From assembly GCA_016745075.1 (NCBI GenBank), contig JADGDD010000002.1, forward strand, positions 385,881-449,880: a stretch of DNA of 64,000 nt, in the 5' to 3' direction. Positions 9,831 to 19,242 of this stretch are shown in pieces. The number at the start of each line of letters is the position of its first letter. Positions within the stretch are counted from its first letter, which is position 1. Source of the stretch: Planctomycetota bacterium. GTDB lineage: Bacteria; Planctomycetota; UBA11346. The translations under genes and the position numbers were made by a program. The notes below the pieces were generated by a model. That model did not search any database. It was not told where the DNA came from and saw only the letters and a program-made list of their open reading frames with translations.

Positions 9831-11870
9831 TTATGTGTTTTGTATCCATTTATGTAACATGGATACAAGCGTATTCTTGGTAAGTGGTTTGGCGAGATAA
9901 TCATCCATCCCAGCCTGTAAGCATTTTTCTCTATCACCTTCCATCGCGTTTGCAGTGAGAGCAATAATGATATTGTGCTGCTTCTCTTGCGTTCGAATGG
10001 CATTGGTAGCCATATAGCCGTCAATTTCAGGCATTTGACAATCCATGAAAATGATACCGTAATCATTGTTGAGGGATTTCTGTATTGCCTCATCACCACT
10101 TTCAGCGAGTTCAACTTCATAGCCTAGTTTTTTCAGCAGGCTCTGGCCGACCAATCGATTTATGCTATTGTCATCAACCAGCAGGAGAGGACGGTTGCAT
10201 GCAGGGGCTTGTGGAGAATTATTTGGTGTAGATATATGACGGTCTGGTGCATTGGGTATAAGGGTGTTTTGTAAGAGAATAGTAAACTGGCTTTTGCGAA
10301 GAGGCAGTTGTAAGGCTTGTGGATTGAGAGAACGGTTAATGGGGCAACAGATGAATTTATCCATTTCTGTTTGGCTAAGCGTTGTTATCCATTGTTCATC
10401 AGCAATAAGTATACTTGTTGCTGTTTGTGGAAGAGCCAGTGTTTTTTGTAGCTCCTGCAAATTTTGGCATTCATACAATGAGAGAGAAGTCTCTTCAGAC
10501 CACAGATGTAACATGTTGCGAATAGTGGCACTTTCAGAGGCAATGATGAGATTCGCTTGTGGTAGAACTGGGGCAGGCGTGGTACTATTATGATCAGTAT
10601 CTCGTGCGAGCTGTAGAGTGAAGTGGAAAAATGAGCCATAGCCTTCCATACTTTCAATGGCAATATCACCGCCCATTTTATGGACTAGATGGCGTGAAAT
10701 GGATAGACCAAGGCCAGTACCGCCGTAATTTCTGGTGGTAGATTGATCTGCTTGGGAAAAAGCATCGAAGATGCGAGTAATTGCCGGTGCGGAGATACCA
10801 ATGCCCGTATCCATAACCACTACTCGAATTATACACGTATTGTCATTCAGGTTATCGGATTCGTCCAACATGATTTGGACTGTTACTTCTCCACCTTTAG
10901 TAAATTTAATCGCGTTGCCAATGAGGTTGGTCAAAATTTGACGAATGCGATATTGATCGCCAATAAGTGTTTTCGGAACATCTGGCGCTAACCAGCCATG
11001 CAGATGTAGTTGGCGTTCGTAGGCGTGTGGGGCTAGGAGCTCAAGGACTGATTCCAGTGTGTATTCCAGTGAGAATGGTATCTGTTCAAGTTGCATGCCT
11101 CCCGATTCAATCTTTGATAGATCCAAGACATCATTGATGAGTACGAGTAAGGAGTCGCCGCAATCCTGAATGATTTGTAGGCTGTGTTTATGAGCCTCGT
11201 CCTCGATGCTCTCTTGGAGCAATTCGGCCATACCAATAATCCCATTCATTGGAGTACGAATCTCATGGCTCATACTTGCTAGAAATGCAGATTTTGTTTG
11301 CAGTGCATCCTCAGCAATTTTTTGTTGGCGTAGGGCTTCATGGGTGCGTTCAGAAACGCGTTCTTCTAATTGTTCATTATGTAATTCGATTTTGTGCAGC
11401 ATATGCCTTGTGCTGAGTTCGTTGGCAAGCTGTGCTGCTATAATATTAATGCCATGTTGGATGTCGCCGTTTGGTACTGTTGGACAAGAGATAAAAAGAA
11501 AACCATTCATGTCTTGCTGTGTAGAGAGCGAATGGAGAACAAGCGTTCCCGTGTCTTGGTTTTCAAGTGTTGCGTCAATACAGACACAATGTTGTTGTTG
11601 GAGTGCCCATGAGGCCATGCCGTCATCAATAAGTATGTCGAGTTGAGATTGCGCAGTGTGATGGGCATTGGCTGGATAAGCGGCAATTAATTGCAAATCA
11701 AAACCTTCTTCATCAAATAATGAGAAAGCAATAGAGGTATGTGGGAAAAATTCAGAAAGACGTTGCCAAGCGAGATAGAATAAATCTAAATCTGTTCTCG
11801 CATGGTCCCAAGGTTTTGCGAGGGCAGCGAGCATCTCTCTGAGTTGGCTAAGGGGAGTGTGTGCGTTCAT
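9831..11870 (-). CDS. Hybrid sensor histidine kinase / response regulator with an N-terminal GAF-like sensor region
   Basis: H-box SHEIRTPMNGIIGMAELL. HATPase_c G-boxes (DTGIGI, GGTGLGLSI). C-terminal receiver LLLVDDNSINR...FMDCQMPEIDGY. The start codon overlaps the upstream HDOD gene by 4 bp. Confidence 0.85.
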   Translation of the reverse strand: MNAHTPLSQLREMLAALAKPWDHARTDLDLFYLAWQRLSEFFPHTSIAFSLFDEEGFDLQLIAAYPANAHHTAQSQLDILIDDGMASWALQQQHCVCIDATLENQDTGTLVLHSLSTQQDMNGFLFISCPTVPNGDIQHGINIIAAQLANELSTRHMLHKIELHNEQLEERVSERTHEALRQQKIAEDALQTKSAFLASMSHEIRTPMNGIIGMAELLQESIEDEAHKHSLQIIQDCGDSLLVLINDVLDLSKIESGGMQLEQIPFSLEYTLESVLELLAPHAYERQLHLHGWLAPDVPKTLIGDQYRIRQILTNLIGNAIKFTKGGEVTVQIMLDESDNLNDNTCIIRVVVMDTGIGISAPAITRIFDAFSQADQSTTRNYGGTGLGLSISRHLVHKMGGDIAIESMEGYGSFFHFTLQLARDTDHNSTTPAPVLPQANLIIASESATIRNMLHLWSEETSLSLYECQNLQELQKTLALPQTATSILIADEQWITTLSQTEMDKFICCPINRSLNPQALQLPLRKSQFTILLQNTLIPNAPDRHISTPNNSPQAPACNRPLLLVDDNSINRLVGQSLLKKLGYEVELAESGDEAIQKSLNNDYGIIFMDCQMPEIDGYMATNAIRTQEKQHNIIIALTANAMEGDREKCLQAGMDDYLAKPLTKNTLVSMLHKWIQNT

Positions 11871-12730
11871 GATAAGTCGCCCAAAAGCAGTTCTGCTATT
11901 TGAGTGTGTTCCGTTTCAGTTTTTTTAATAAAGTTTGAGAGCTTTTCAGTAGGTAATGAGAGTTTTTCCCATGCGTCAGGAGCAATGCGTGGGACTAAGT
12001 TTTCACCGCTGGAGCCAATTTGAATGGCGTTAATGGTTGCATCGGCGCAGTGTAAGAGGCAGGCATCGAGTTGAAAACTGGTAGCCGCTAGCGGGGTATG
12101 ATGGGAGGCAATGGCTTCGTGTACAGAATTGGGCAAACCCCAGTCATTTAATAGTAATGAACCAATATCTGCGTGAGTAAAACCAAGAACGGCATGCTCT
12201 ATATCTGTAAGTGATAACGGTCGCCCTTTGAGTACGTCTAAAATATTTTGAATAATCTCCCCTTCTTGAATAAAGAGAATGAGTCGTCCAATATCATGTA
12301 AAATGCCAAGTAAGAAAAAATGTTCGGCATTGGCTTCTCGTCGTTCTTGAGCAAAGGTCCGGCTTAAGCAGCCAACAGCAATAGAATGACTCCAAAATTC
12401 TAGGATATCGAGGTGTTCACTGTTTACTTCAGAGAATTGGTCAATAACAGCGGTTGCGGTTGCTAAATCATTAATTTGTCGTGTACCAATAATGGTCACA
12501 GCTCGGTTAATATCTTCAATTTTCCCCGGAAAGCCGTAGAGTGCGCTGTTGGCCATGCGTAATAAACGGGCACTCAAGCTGGCATCAGTACTAATTACTT
12601 GAGAGATATCTATTGCGGAAGCTGAGCTACTTGCCATTATTTCTTGTATTTGATGGTAAATCATTGGTGGGGAGCCAAGGTCCCCAAGGTTTTCAAGGAT
12701 ACTTTCGGCCGTTATGCCATGTTCATTCAT
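11867..12730 (-). CDS. HDOD domain-containing signalling protein
   Basis: HDOD-type degenerate HD fold (LLGILHDIGRLIL, GFTHADIG, NAEHFFLLG). 4-bp overlaps with both neighbouring genes. Confidence 0.7.
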   Translation of the reverse strand: MNEHGITAESILENLGDLGSPPMIYHQIQEIMASSSASAIDISQVISTDASLSARLLRMANSALYGFPGKIEDINRAVTIIGTRQINDLATATAVIDQFSEVNSEHLDILEFWSHSIAVGCLSRTFAQERREANAEHFFLLGILHDIGRLILFIQEGEIIQNILDVLKGRPLSLTDIEHAVLGFTHADIGSLLLNDWGLPNSVHEAIASHHTPLAATSFQLDACLLHCADATINAIQIGSSGENLVPRIAPDAWEKLSLPTEKLSNFIKKTETEHTQIAELLLGDLS

Positions 12731-13080
12731 GTTGGTGTGTTTCGTACGAGTTCTTGAGCATGTCGTAAGACAGTTTGATTGAGGAGTTCTTTGACAAAGG
12801 GGTCTTTCGTATTATTTAAGTGAAAGCGTGGAGCTTCAGCAGCAATGGCTTGACGTAAAAAAATTTCAGGTGTTGCTTCAGAAACCGATGTTGTGCTACC
12901 ACTTGAATGAGCATCAGTAGAAACGATATGCACATCGTGAATGCCCCAGACTTTTAATACACGAATATGTTTTTCTGTCAATTCTGTCCCTTTTGGTATG
13001 AGAATACGGTCATTCCGATCACAAATTTCATGTGAGGTACAGGCACCAACGTAAAGATCTTTGACGGCAATGTGCGGCAT
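12727..13080 (-). CDS. Small DUF3391-like protein (resembles the N-terminal domain of HD-GYP/HDOD proteins)
   Basis: MPHIAVKDLYVGACTSHEICDRNDRILIPKGTELTEKHIRVLKVWGIHDVHI follows the DUF3391 pattern. The start was moved from the ORF-track Met (13242) to the internal Met at 13080 to remove the overlap with the divergent kinase gene. Confidence 0.45.
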   Translation of the reverse strand: MPHIAVKDLYVGACTSHEICDRNDRILIPKGTELTEKHIRVLKVWGIHDVHIVSTDAHSSGSTTSVSEATPEIFLRQAIAAEAPRFHLNNTKDPFVKELLNQTVLRHAQELVRNTPT

Positions 13081-13156
13081 GGAAACATTATACCATAGAG
13101 ATTGGTGGAGAGCAAATGTTAGTGGCGATGTGGTAGTTTTATTTGTATACTGTACT

Positions 13157-16111
13157 ATGGTGTTCCGGATATTACTCTTTCGCCTTGTTTTACTGACGCT
13201 CATTCCGTTGGCGGCAGCGTTGTTTTTGGTTCTTGATAACATTGATAATAAGAAGCAGGCTCTTGATGAGTTAGAACAGGTGGAAGAGAGCTTTCACTTT
13301 GAGACTTTATTGGCGGATGTTATTCATGAAGTGCAAAAGGAACGAGGGCTCAGTGCTGGTTACCTTGGTTCTTCAGCTACTCTTTTTGAGGATGAGTTAC
13401 GCGCACAAAGAAAGAAGACGGATATCAGTCAATTCTATGTAGATCAATATGTTGAATTATCTGCCTATAGTGATGTGAAATTACAGAGTGAAATAAATGG
13501 TTTATGGCGACGGCTCACTATTGCGAGAAAGAAAGTTTTTGAGCAGACAATGACGGCGCAACAGGCTATTGCTCTTTTTTCGAGAATAAATGAAGAATTA
13601 TTTTTTCTGGTAAGAAAAAGTTTGCGCTCTCTTTTTACTTATGAAGATAGTAATGAGTTGCGTGCTTATGCCCACTTATTACAAGTGAAGGAATACCGAG
13701 GGAAAGAACGAGCGATTGTAAGTGGTGCTTTCGCACATCAGAACTATGAGACAGATCTCTTGTTTGGCTTTCGTGAAGCCCTTAAAGCACAAGAAGTTTA
13801 CGAACGTTTTTTTCGGATTTATGCTTCAGATAGACATCTATATGAGTATGATATGATGATGCAGTCCGATTGTTTTGTGAATGTTGATAGAATACGCAGA
13901 GAAATAGACCAGCATCAACGAGCCACTGAATACTTAGCTATACTTACTGAATTTCATAGCCAATTAGGGTATGGTGGATTTATCCACAATTTTAAAAATT
14001 ATATCATTCGAAATGAAATTGAAAATAAGGAAAAATGTGAGAAGTCTTATGCTTTATGCATGCAGGCAGTTAAGCGTTTGCAAGGACTACAGGGTGTTAA
14101 TAAGACTGAGGTGCAGGCGATAGAAGATGTCGTCCAATTGTATTATCAGAAGATATTCGTGATTGAAGCAGGGCATGCAGAAGGGCTTTCGAGTAATGAA
14201 ATCGACAGACGTGTCAGAATTGATGACTCGAGTGCTTTGGTAGCAGTGGAGCATTTACGCAATACTTTTATTCTGAATGATTTTAAGGAGACTCCGCATT
14301 ATTGGTGGGATCAATCAACGGCGTGCATAGAAGCCTTTGACCGTTATTTAGATGCCTACTCAGAGAGTATGGAATCTGATTTTCTTCATAGAAAAGAAGG
14401 TGTTGAACAGGAAATTCTTAACTATTTTTTGATGTTGTTTGTTGTGTTTGTTTCTGTTGTCGTGGTGCTGATTTGGCTCACACGTGGCATAACCAAACCT
14501 CTGATGTCATTGGTATCTTATGCCTCATCGGTGAGCCGTCACGAAACACCAGCGCCAATGCAGCCGGTGGCTATTGCAGAACTGGCAACATTGGAATCTG
14601 CGTTACGCCGAATGAATGTGACACTACAAGAACAAGCGCAAAGGACAGTTCATTTGTTACAGGCATTTTTGAAAAATTCTCAGGCACTGGTGCAGATGCA
14701 TAGTCCGACTGGAGAAATATTGCTTTCTAATGCACGCTTTGAAGAAAAATTCCCTTTAGTGGAAGGGCAGTTCTGGGAAAGTCTACCGAGAAAAGAACGG
14801 GCAATTTTTTCTCAGCTAGAGCAGGAAGTACAAATGTATGATACTGTTGTTGAAAGAGAAACACAATTTGGTGATCAATTATATGTAACATCGTGTTTTT
14901 TGGTTAAAGATGATGATGGCAAAACTATAGGGTTTGGGTCAATTTCTTCTGACTTAAGTGAAATAAGTCGCTTAAATGATCAGCTGCAACATTCTGAGCG
15001 CTTGCGAGCTGTTGGAGAATTAGCTGGCGGTATCGCTCATGATTTTAATAACCAATTGGCAGGTATTCAAGGCTTTGCCGAAATTATAAAAATGAGAACA
15101 GAAGATTCTGGAGTCGAAAAATATGCGCGAGGAATTTTATCTGCGACACAGCGTTCAGCAGATATGATCAGTAAGCTTCTGGCTTTTGCGAAGAAGGGGA
15201 AGAATGTCACTGAAATATTTGATATTGCAGAGACGTTAGACGAAACATTAGAACTAGCACTCCATCGTTCTGGCAAGTTTACGTCTTCCTATAATAAAGA
15301 TAATCAGCCGTATTATGTTAGCGGTGATGCTACACAGATTCAAAATGCATTGCTGAATATTATTGTGAATGCATTAGATGCGATGGGGAAAACAGGAAAA
15401 GTGTCATGTATTTTAAGCCGAGTCAGACTTGATACAGAATTATTGTCTTTAACACATCCATTGTCTGCCGGTGATTATATAACAGTTTGTGTTACAGATG
15501 AAGGTGGTGGTATCCGAGCAGATGTGCGAGAACAAATTTTCAATCCATTTTTTACGAGTAAATCTAAAGGGTCTGGTATGGGTTTGGCTGCGGTCTATGG
15601 CACCATGGGTAATCATCATGGTGCTATACAAGTTGAATCAGAACTGGGTAACGGAGCCTCTTTTACCCTCTTTTTCCCTGCAATAGATAAGGAGGAAGCG
15701 CATTTATCCAGACTTGATACAGGAAGTGTTCGTATTGCAACGCCACAAATTGCTCAAACGAGTATCTTGATTATTGATGACGAGGATATGGTGAGAGAGG
15801 TCCATGGTGCATTACTGCGTGAATTTGGTTTTGAGGTAGTTACCGTTCCTAGTGGCGCAGAGGGGTGTGCTATTTATGAAGCAGATCGTTTTGATATTGT
15901 GTTGTTGGATATGATTATGCCAGAGATGGATGGATCAGCAACATTCCAAGCTTTGCAGGAAAAAGACCCAGAAGTCCGTGTGGTGGTTGTTTCTGGGTAT
16001 AGCGCAGACGATAGTGTACAGCGTCTTATTGAACAGGGTGCTATTGGATTTATTCAGAAACCAATTATTGGAAAAGATTTTGTAAAATATCTTATTTCAT
16101 TAAATATGTAA
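13157..16111 (+). CDS. Hybrid sensor histidine kinase with a periplasmic NIT (nitrate/nitrite-sensing) domain, PAS, HisKA, HATPase and C-terminal receiver
   Basis: TM1 MVFRILLFRLVLLTLIPLAAALF. NIT-like LLADVIHEVQKERGLSAGYLGS. Second TM LMLFVVFVSVVVVLIWL. H-box HDFNNQLAGIQGFAEII. G-boxes. Receiver ILIIDDEDMV...LLDMIMPEMDG. The start was trimmed from 13061 to Met33. Confidence 0.8.
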   Translation: MVFRILLFRLVLLTLIPLAAALFLVLDNIDNKKQALDELEQVEESFHFETLLADVIHEVQKERGLSAGYLGSSATLFEDELRAQRKKTDISQFYVDQYVELSAYSDVKLQSEINGLWRRLTIARKKVFEQTMTAQQAIALFSRINEELFFLVRKSLRSLFTYEDSNELRAYAHLLQVKEYRGKERAIVSGAFAHQNYETDLLFGFREALKAQEVYERFFRIYASDRHLYEYDMMMQSDCFVNVDRIRREIDQHQRATEYLAILTEFHSQLGYGGFIHNFKNYIIRNEIENKEKCEKSYALCMQAVKRLQGLQGVNKTEVQAIEDVVQLYYQKIFVIEAGHAEGLSSNEIDRRVRIDDSSALVAVEHLRNTFILNDFKETPHYWWDQSTACIEAFDRYLDAYSESMESDFLHRKEGVEQEILNYFLMLFVVFVSVVVVLIWLTRGITKPLMSLVSYASSVSRHETPAPMQPVAIAELATLESALRRMNVTLQEQAQRTVHLLQAFLKNSQALVQMHSPTGEILLSNARFEEKFPLVEGQFWESLPRKERAIFSQLEQEVQMYDTVVERETQFGDQLYVTSCFLVKDDDGKTIGFGSISSDLSEISRLNDQLQHSERLRAVGELAGGIAHDFNNQLAGIQGFAEIIKMRTEDSGVEKYARGILSATQRSADMISKLLAFAKKGKNVTEIFDIAETLDETLELALHRSGKFTSSYNKDNQPYYVSGDATQIQNALLNIIVNALDAMGKTGKVSCILSRVRLDTELLSLTHPLSAGDYITVCVTDEGGGIRADVREQIFNPFFTSKSKGSGMGLAAVYGTMGNHHGAIQVESELGNGASFTLFFPAIDKEEAHLSRLDTGSVRIATPQIAQTSILIIDDEDMVREVHGALLREFGFEVVTVPSGAEGCAIYEADRFDIVLLDMIMPEMDGSATFQALQEKDPEVRVVVVSGYSADDSVQRLIEQGAIGFIQKPIIGKDFVKYLISLNM

Positions 16112-16172
16112 TGCAGCCTAAAGAGTGACACAGAGTTTCTTAAGAACATTTTAATAGTTCTGTGCCTCTGCT

Positions 16173-17576
16173 CTAAAACACCCTGTTCATACCATTGAGT
16201 GCTGCAACGCGGTAGGCTTCAGCCATGGTTGGGTAGTTAAAGGTAGTGTTGACAAAATAGCGTATGTCATTGCCATTTTCTGCCGTTCCTCGTGACATGA
16301 TAGCTTGTCCAATATGAATAATTTCTGCGGCATTAACACCAAAACAATGAATACCTAATATTTCAAATGTTTCACGGTGGAATAATAGTTTCAGCATGCC
16401 AACGCGTTCACCCATGATTTGGGCACGAGCAAGGCTGCGGAAGAGAGCGGAGCCTACTTCATAAGGAACCTGTGCCTCTGTTAATTCACGTTCGGTTTTA
16501 CCAATACTTGATATTTCTGGGCTCGTATAAATGCCGGTTGGTATATTGGAGACAAGTCGTTTTTCACAAGTTCCTTCAACGATATGAGTAGCGGCAAATC
16601 GGCCTTGGTCGTAAGAAGCGCTCGCAAGGCATGGGAAGCCAACGATATCGCCGACGGCATAAATATGTGTTTGTGATGTTTGGTAATTTTCATTGACGGT
16701 GATTTGTCCGCGTGAATCGCAATCAATACCAATATTTTCGAGGCCAAGCGTGTCAGAATTACCACTACGGCCATTAGCCCAAAGGAAGGCATCGCTTTTT
16801 ATTTTTTTACCAGAAGCCAAGGTCACAATAACGCCATCGTCTACGCCTTCTATGCTTTCCATCGTTTCGTTATGACGGATGACGACGCCTTGATCGCGTA
16901 GGTGGTAAGAAAGAGCATCCGTGATTTCATCATCTAAAAAAGATAATAAATGTGATCGTGTATTAATAAGGTTTACTTTCACCCCAAGATTGCGGAATAT
17001 ACTGGCGTATTCACAGCCAATCACGCCAGCACCATACACGGTGAGCGTAAATGGTGTATTTTGCATGCTTAAAACGGTATCGCTATCAAAAATGCGTGGA
17101 TGAGTAAAGTCAACATGTGCTGGGCGGAATGGGCGAGAGCCTGCCGCAATCACAATGTGGTCAGCCTCTATACGTTTAAAGGCACCAGAGGGTTGAGAAA
17201 CAGCTAGTGTATGTTCGTCTAGAAAAGCTGCATCACCCCAAATAACAGGGATATCGTTACGGTCATAAAAACCTTGTCGCAAGTCAACTTGTTGGCTAAT
17301 AACTTTGTCAGCGGAATGAAGCAGGGTTTGGAAATTGCAGTCTACATCTCGCATTGCTTCCCGCATCATTGGAATACGTTTGGCATCAAGGATTTGACGA
17401 ATGGTAAAACGGAGCGCTTTAGATGGAATTGTTCCCCAGTGGGTGCAGCCACCGCCTACATCACGGTAGCGCTCTATCACTGCGACACGTTTACCGTCTT
17501 TGGCAGCTTTCATAGCAGCGCCTTCACCGCCAGGTCCTGTTCCGATTACGACAACATCATAACGACTCTCTGACAT
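16173..17576 (-). CDS. sthA: Soluble pyridine nucleotide transhydrogenase (Si-specific NAD(P)+ transhydrogenase)
   Basis: [51 protein letters not shown] is near-identical to the SthA/UdhA signature. It has a single Cys, not the Lpd CxxxxC. Confidence 0.9.
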   Translation of the reverse strand: MSESRYDVVVIGTGPGGEGAAMKAAKDGKRVAVIERYRDVGGGCTHWGTIPSKALRFTIRQILDAKRIPMMREAMRDVDCNFQTLLHSADKVISQQVDLRQGFYDRNDIPVIWGDAAFLDEHTLAVSQPSGAFKRIEADHIVIAAGSRPFRPAHVDFTHPRIFDSDTVLSMQNTPFTLTVYGAGVIGCEYASIFRNLGVKVNLINTRSHLLSFLDDEITDALSYHLRDQGVVIRHNETMESIEGVDDGVIVTLASGKKIKSDAFLWANGRSGNSDTLGLENIGIDCDSRGQITVNENYQTSQTHIYAVGDIVGFPCLASASYDQGRFAATHIVEGTCEKRLVSNIPTGIYTSPEISSIGKTERELTEAQVPYEVGSALFRSLARAQIMGERVGMLKLLFHRETFEILGIHCFGVNAAEIIHIGQAIMSRGTAENGNDIRYFVNTTFNYPTMAEAYRVAALNGMNRVF

Positions 17577-17671
17577 ACTTGTGCCCCTTCTTACTCATCT
17601 ATAGAATGGCCGACCACGTATCTCAGGCAAGTGTGTGTTTATTGAGCGACAGTAGAAATAGAACGAGGTTG

Positions 17672-18559
17672 TTATTTTCGGTAGACTTTGCCAACTTGGA
17701 CGCGGCGTGTAACCTGTTTTTTTGCTTCGTGGTCCCAGTATGAGATAGGAAGCCCCTCGCTATTATCTGCATCTTTCATAGCGTTGGCAATGCAGTAACG
17801 AGATTGTAGTGGGCAATCAGCTACAGAAAGAATGACATCACCTGGTTTAAGACCAATGGTATCAGCAGGGCTTTCTGCTGTTACTTGGGTAATCATCAAG
17901 CCTTTAGAAACATCTTTTCCGTGAACGGTAATGTTTTCAGCAAGCGTCACCGGTTTGTGCTCTACGCCAAGCCACGGATAGCTTACTAGTGGTAATCTGT
18001 CTGGTAAGTCACGGCTATTGCGTAAGCTGACGGTGCGAACACGGCTCCAATCAGAAGCCCAGTTCGCATTCATATGTGCTTCTGGTGGGAGAACGGCTTC
18101 GCCATTTTCACTGTAAACAGCACTCTGTAATAAGTTTGTTTCAGATTGGGCGATAACTTCTTCTTGGGTTGGTTGCCAATGTTGCTGTCCCATACTAAGT
18201 GAAAGGAGTAATGCTGCGGCGGCGGCCCATCCACCCCATTGTCCAACGAGCCGAGTAAAGCTTACAGGTCGGCTGGATTGCTTCCCAGACTCTTGTTGCA
18301 AGCGGTTTTGACTTTCAGGAGCTTGGTTTTCAAGAGAAAGTCGGAAGTGGAGCCGCTCTGCAAGGTTATTACTTGGGGTACGTGCCAGTGGTCGGCCCAT
18401 TGTGGGGAGGTCAGCACGCATCTTTTTCCAGTAGGCAACCTGGGATTGTAGGTCAGCATTGTTAGCAAGTAGGTTTTTAAAATGTGCGGATTCATCAGCA
18501 TTCAATTCGCCTGCAACGTAGCTGCCAGCAGCATGACGTAACTCGGATTCTTCCATCGT
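17672..18559 (-). CDS. Anti-sigma-factor-like single-pass membrane protein with a C-terminal PDZ domain
   Basis: N-terminal AAGSYVAGELNADESAHFKNLL resembles the RskA/ChrR anti-sigma N-domain but lacks the zinc Cys residues. TM WGGWAAAAALLLSLSM. C-terminal PDZ-like IGLKPGDVILSVAD. The start could also be the upstream Met at 18664. Confidence 0.45.
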   Translation of the reverse strand, partial: TMEESELRHAAGSYVAGELNADESAHFKNLLANNADLQSQVAYWKKMRADLPTMGRPLARTPSNNLAERLHFRLSLENQAPESQNRLQQESGKQSSRPVSFTRLVGQWGGWAAAAALLLSLSMGQQHWQPTQEEVIAQSETNLLQSAVYSENGEAVLPPEAHMNANWASDWSRVRTVSLRNSRDLPDRLPLVSYPWLGVEHKPVTLAENITVHGKDVSKGLMITQVTAESPADTIGLKPGDVILSVADCPLQSRYCIANAMKDADNSEGLPISYWDHEAKKQVTRRVQVGKVYRK

Positions 18560-19242
18560 GGCTCCTTTCTGTAGATATGTGGGCCTGTATTCACGATCGG
18601 CTGATACCATACATTGCTGATATTGTTTTCTTATAGTCTTGTCACAATTGTATACGTGCAACATGTGGTTCTGTTTGCAGAAATAATAATGATGATTTGC
18701 TTTTGTGAAAATCGTGCAGTTGTATCTAGAGGGTTGGTGTTGCTGGTTAATCTGTTGGCAGGGTATTTACTGTAAGTTATTTAATAGAAAATGGTTATGT
18801 ATCCATCTTTCGGTAGGAACGATATGTGATCTCGATTTGATAGGAGAGATCTGTGGCTAGGCCTTTGCCCTTGTCGTTGTAGAAGGGCTTGATAGGGTTC
18901 TCGCGTTGTTTGGCTGCACGGTGTGGTCAGATCAGCGTGTGCTTGGTCGCTGGATTGAATGCTTCGTCATAGTATTCAGAAGAAGGTTTTACCGAGCACA
19001 GTACATTTACCTTTTCTGCCAAATGTTAAGAGGTTTACTCACAGGATTTGGCTACACATATGCAACTCGGTAACAGGGGAATACCTATTCACCGAGTAAC
19101 AAAGGCGATCAGAGAGAGCCGATGCGTGCAAGCGACTAAGGTCACAGAATGCATACTATAAAATGTATGCTGCCTTGGTGCGCAATGCCCAGCTCTCCAT
19201 CCACCTTTTTGCAGATACACATCCGGAGCTATAGGCTGCGAG

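Noticed and set aside
13061-13242. ORF-track starts that make the NIT-kinase gene and the divergent small gene overlap by ~180 bp
   Set aside because: Internal Met codons (13157 on plus, 13080 on minus) give non-overlapping genes, and the first TM helix of the kinase starts right after Met33.
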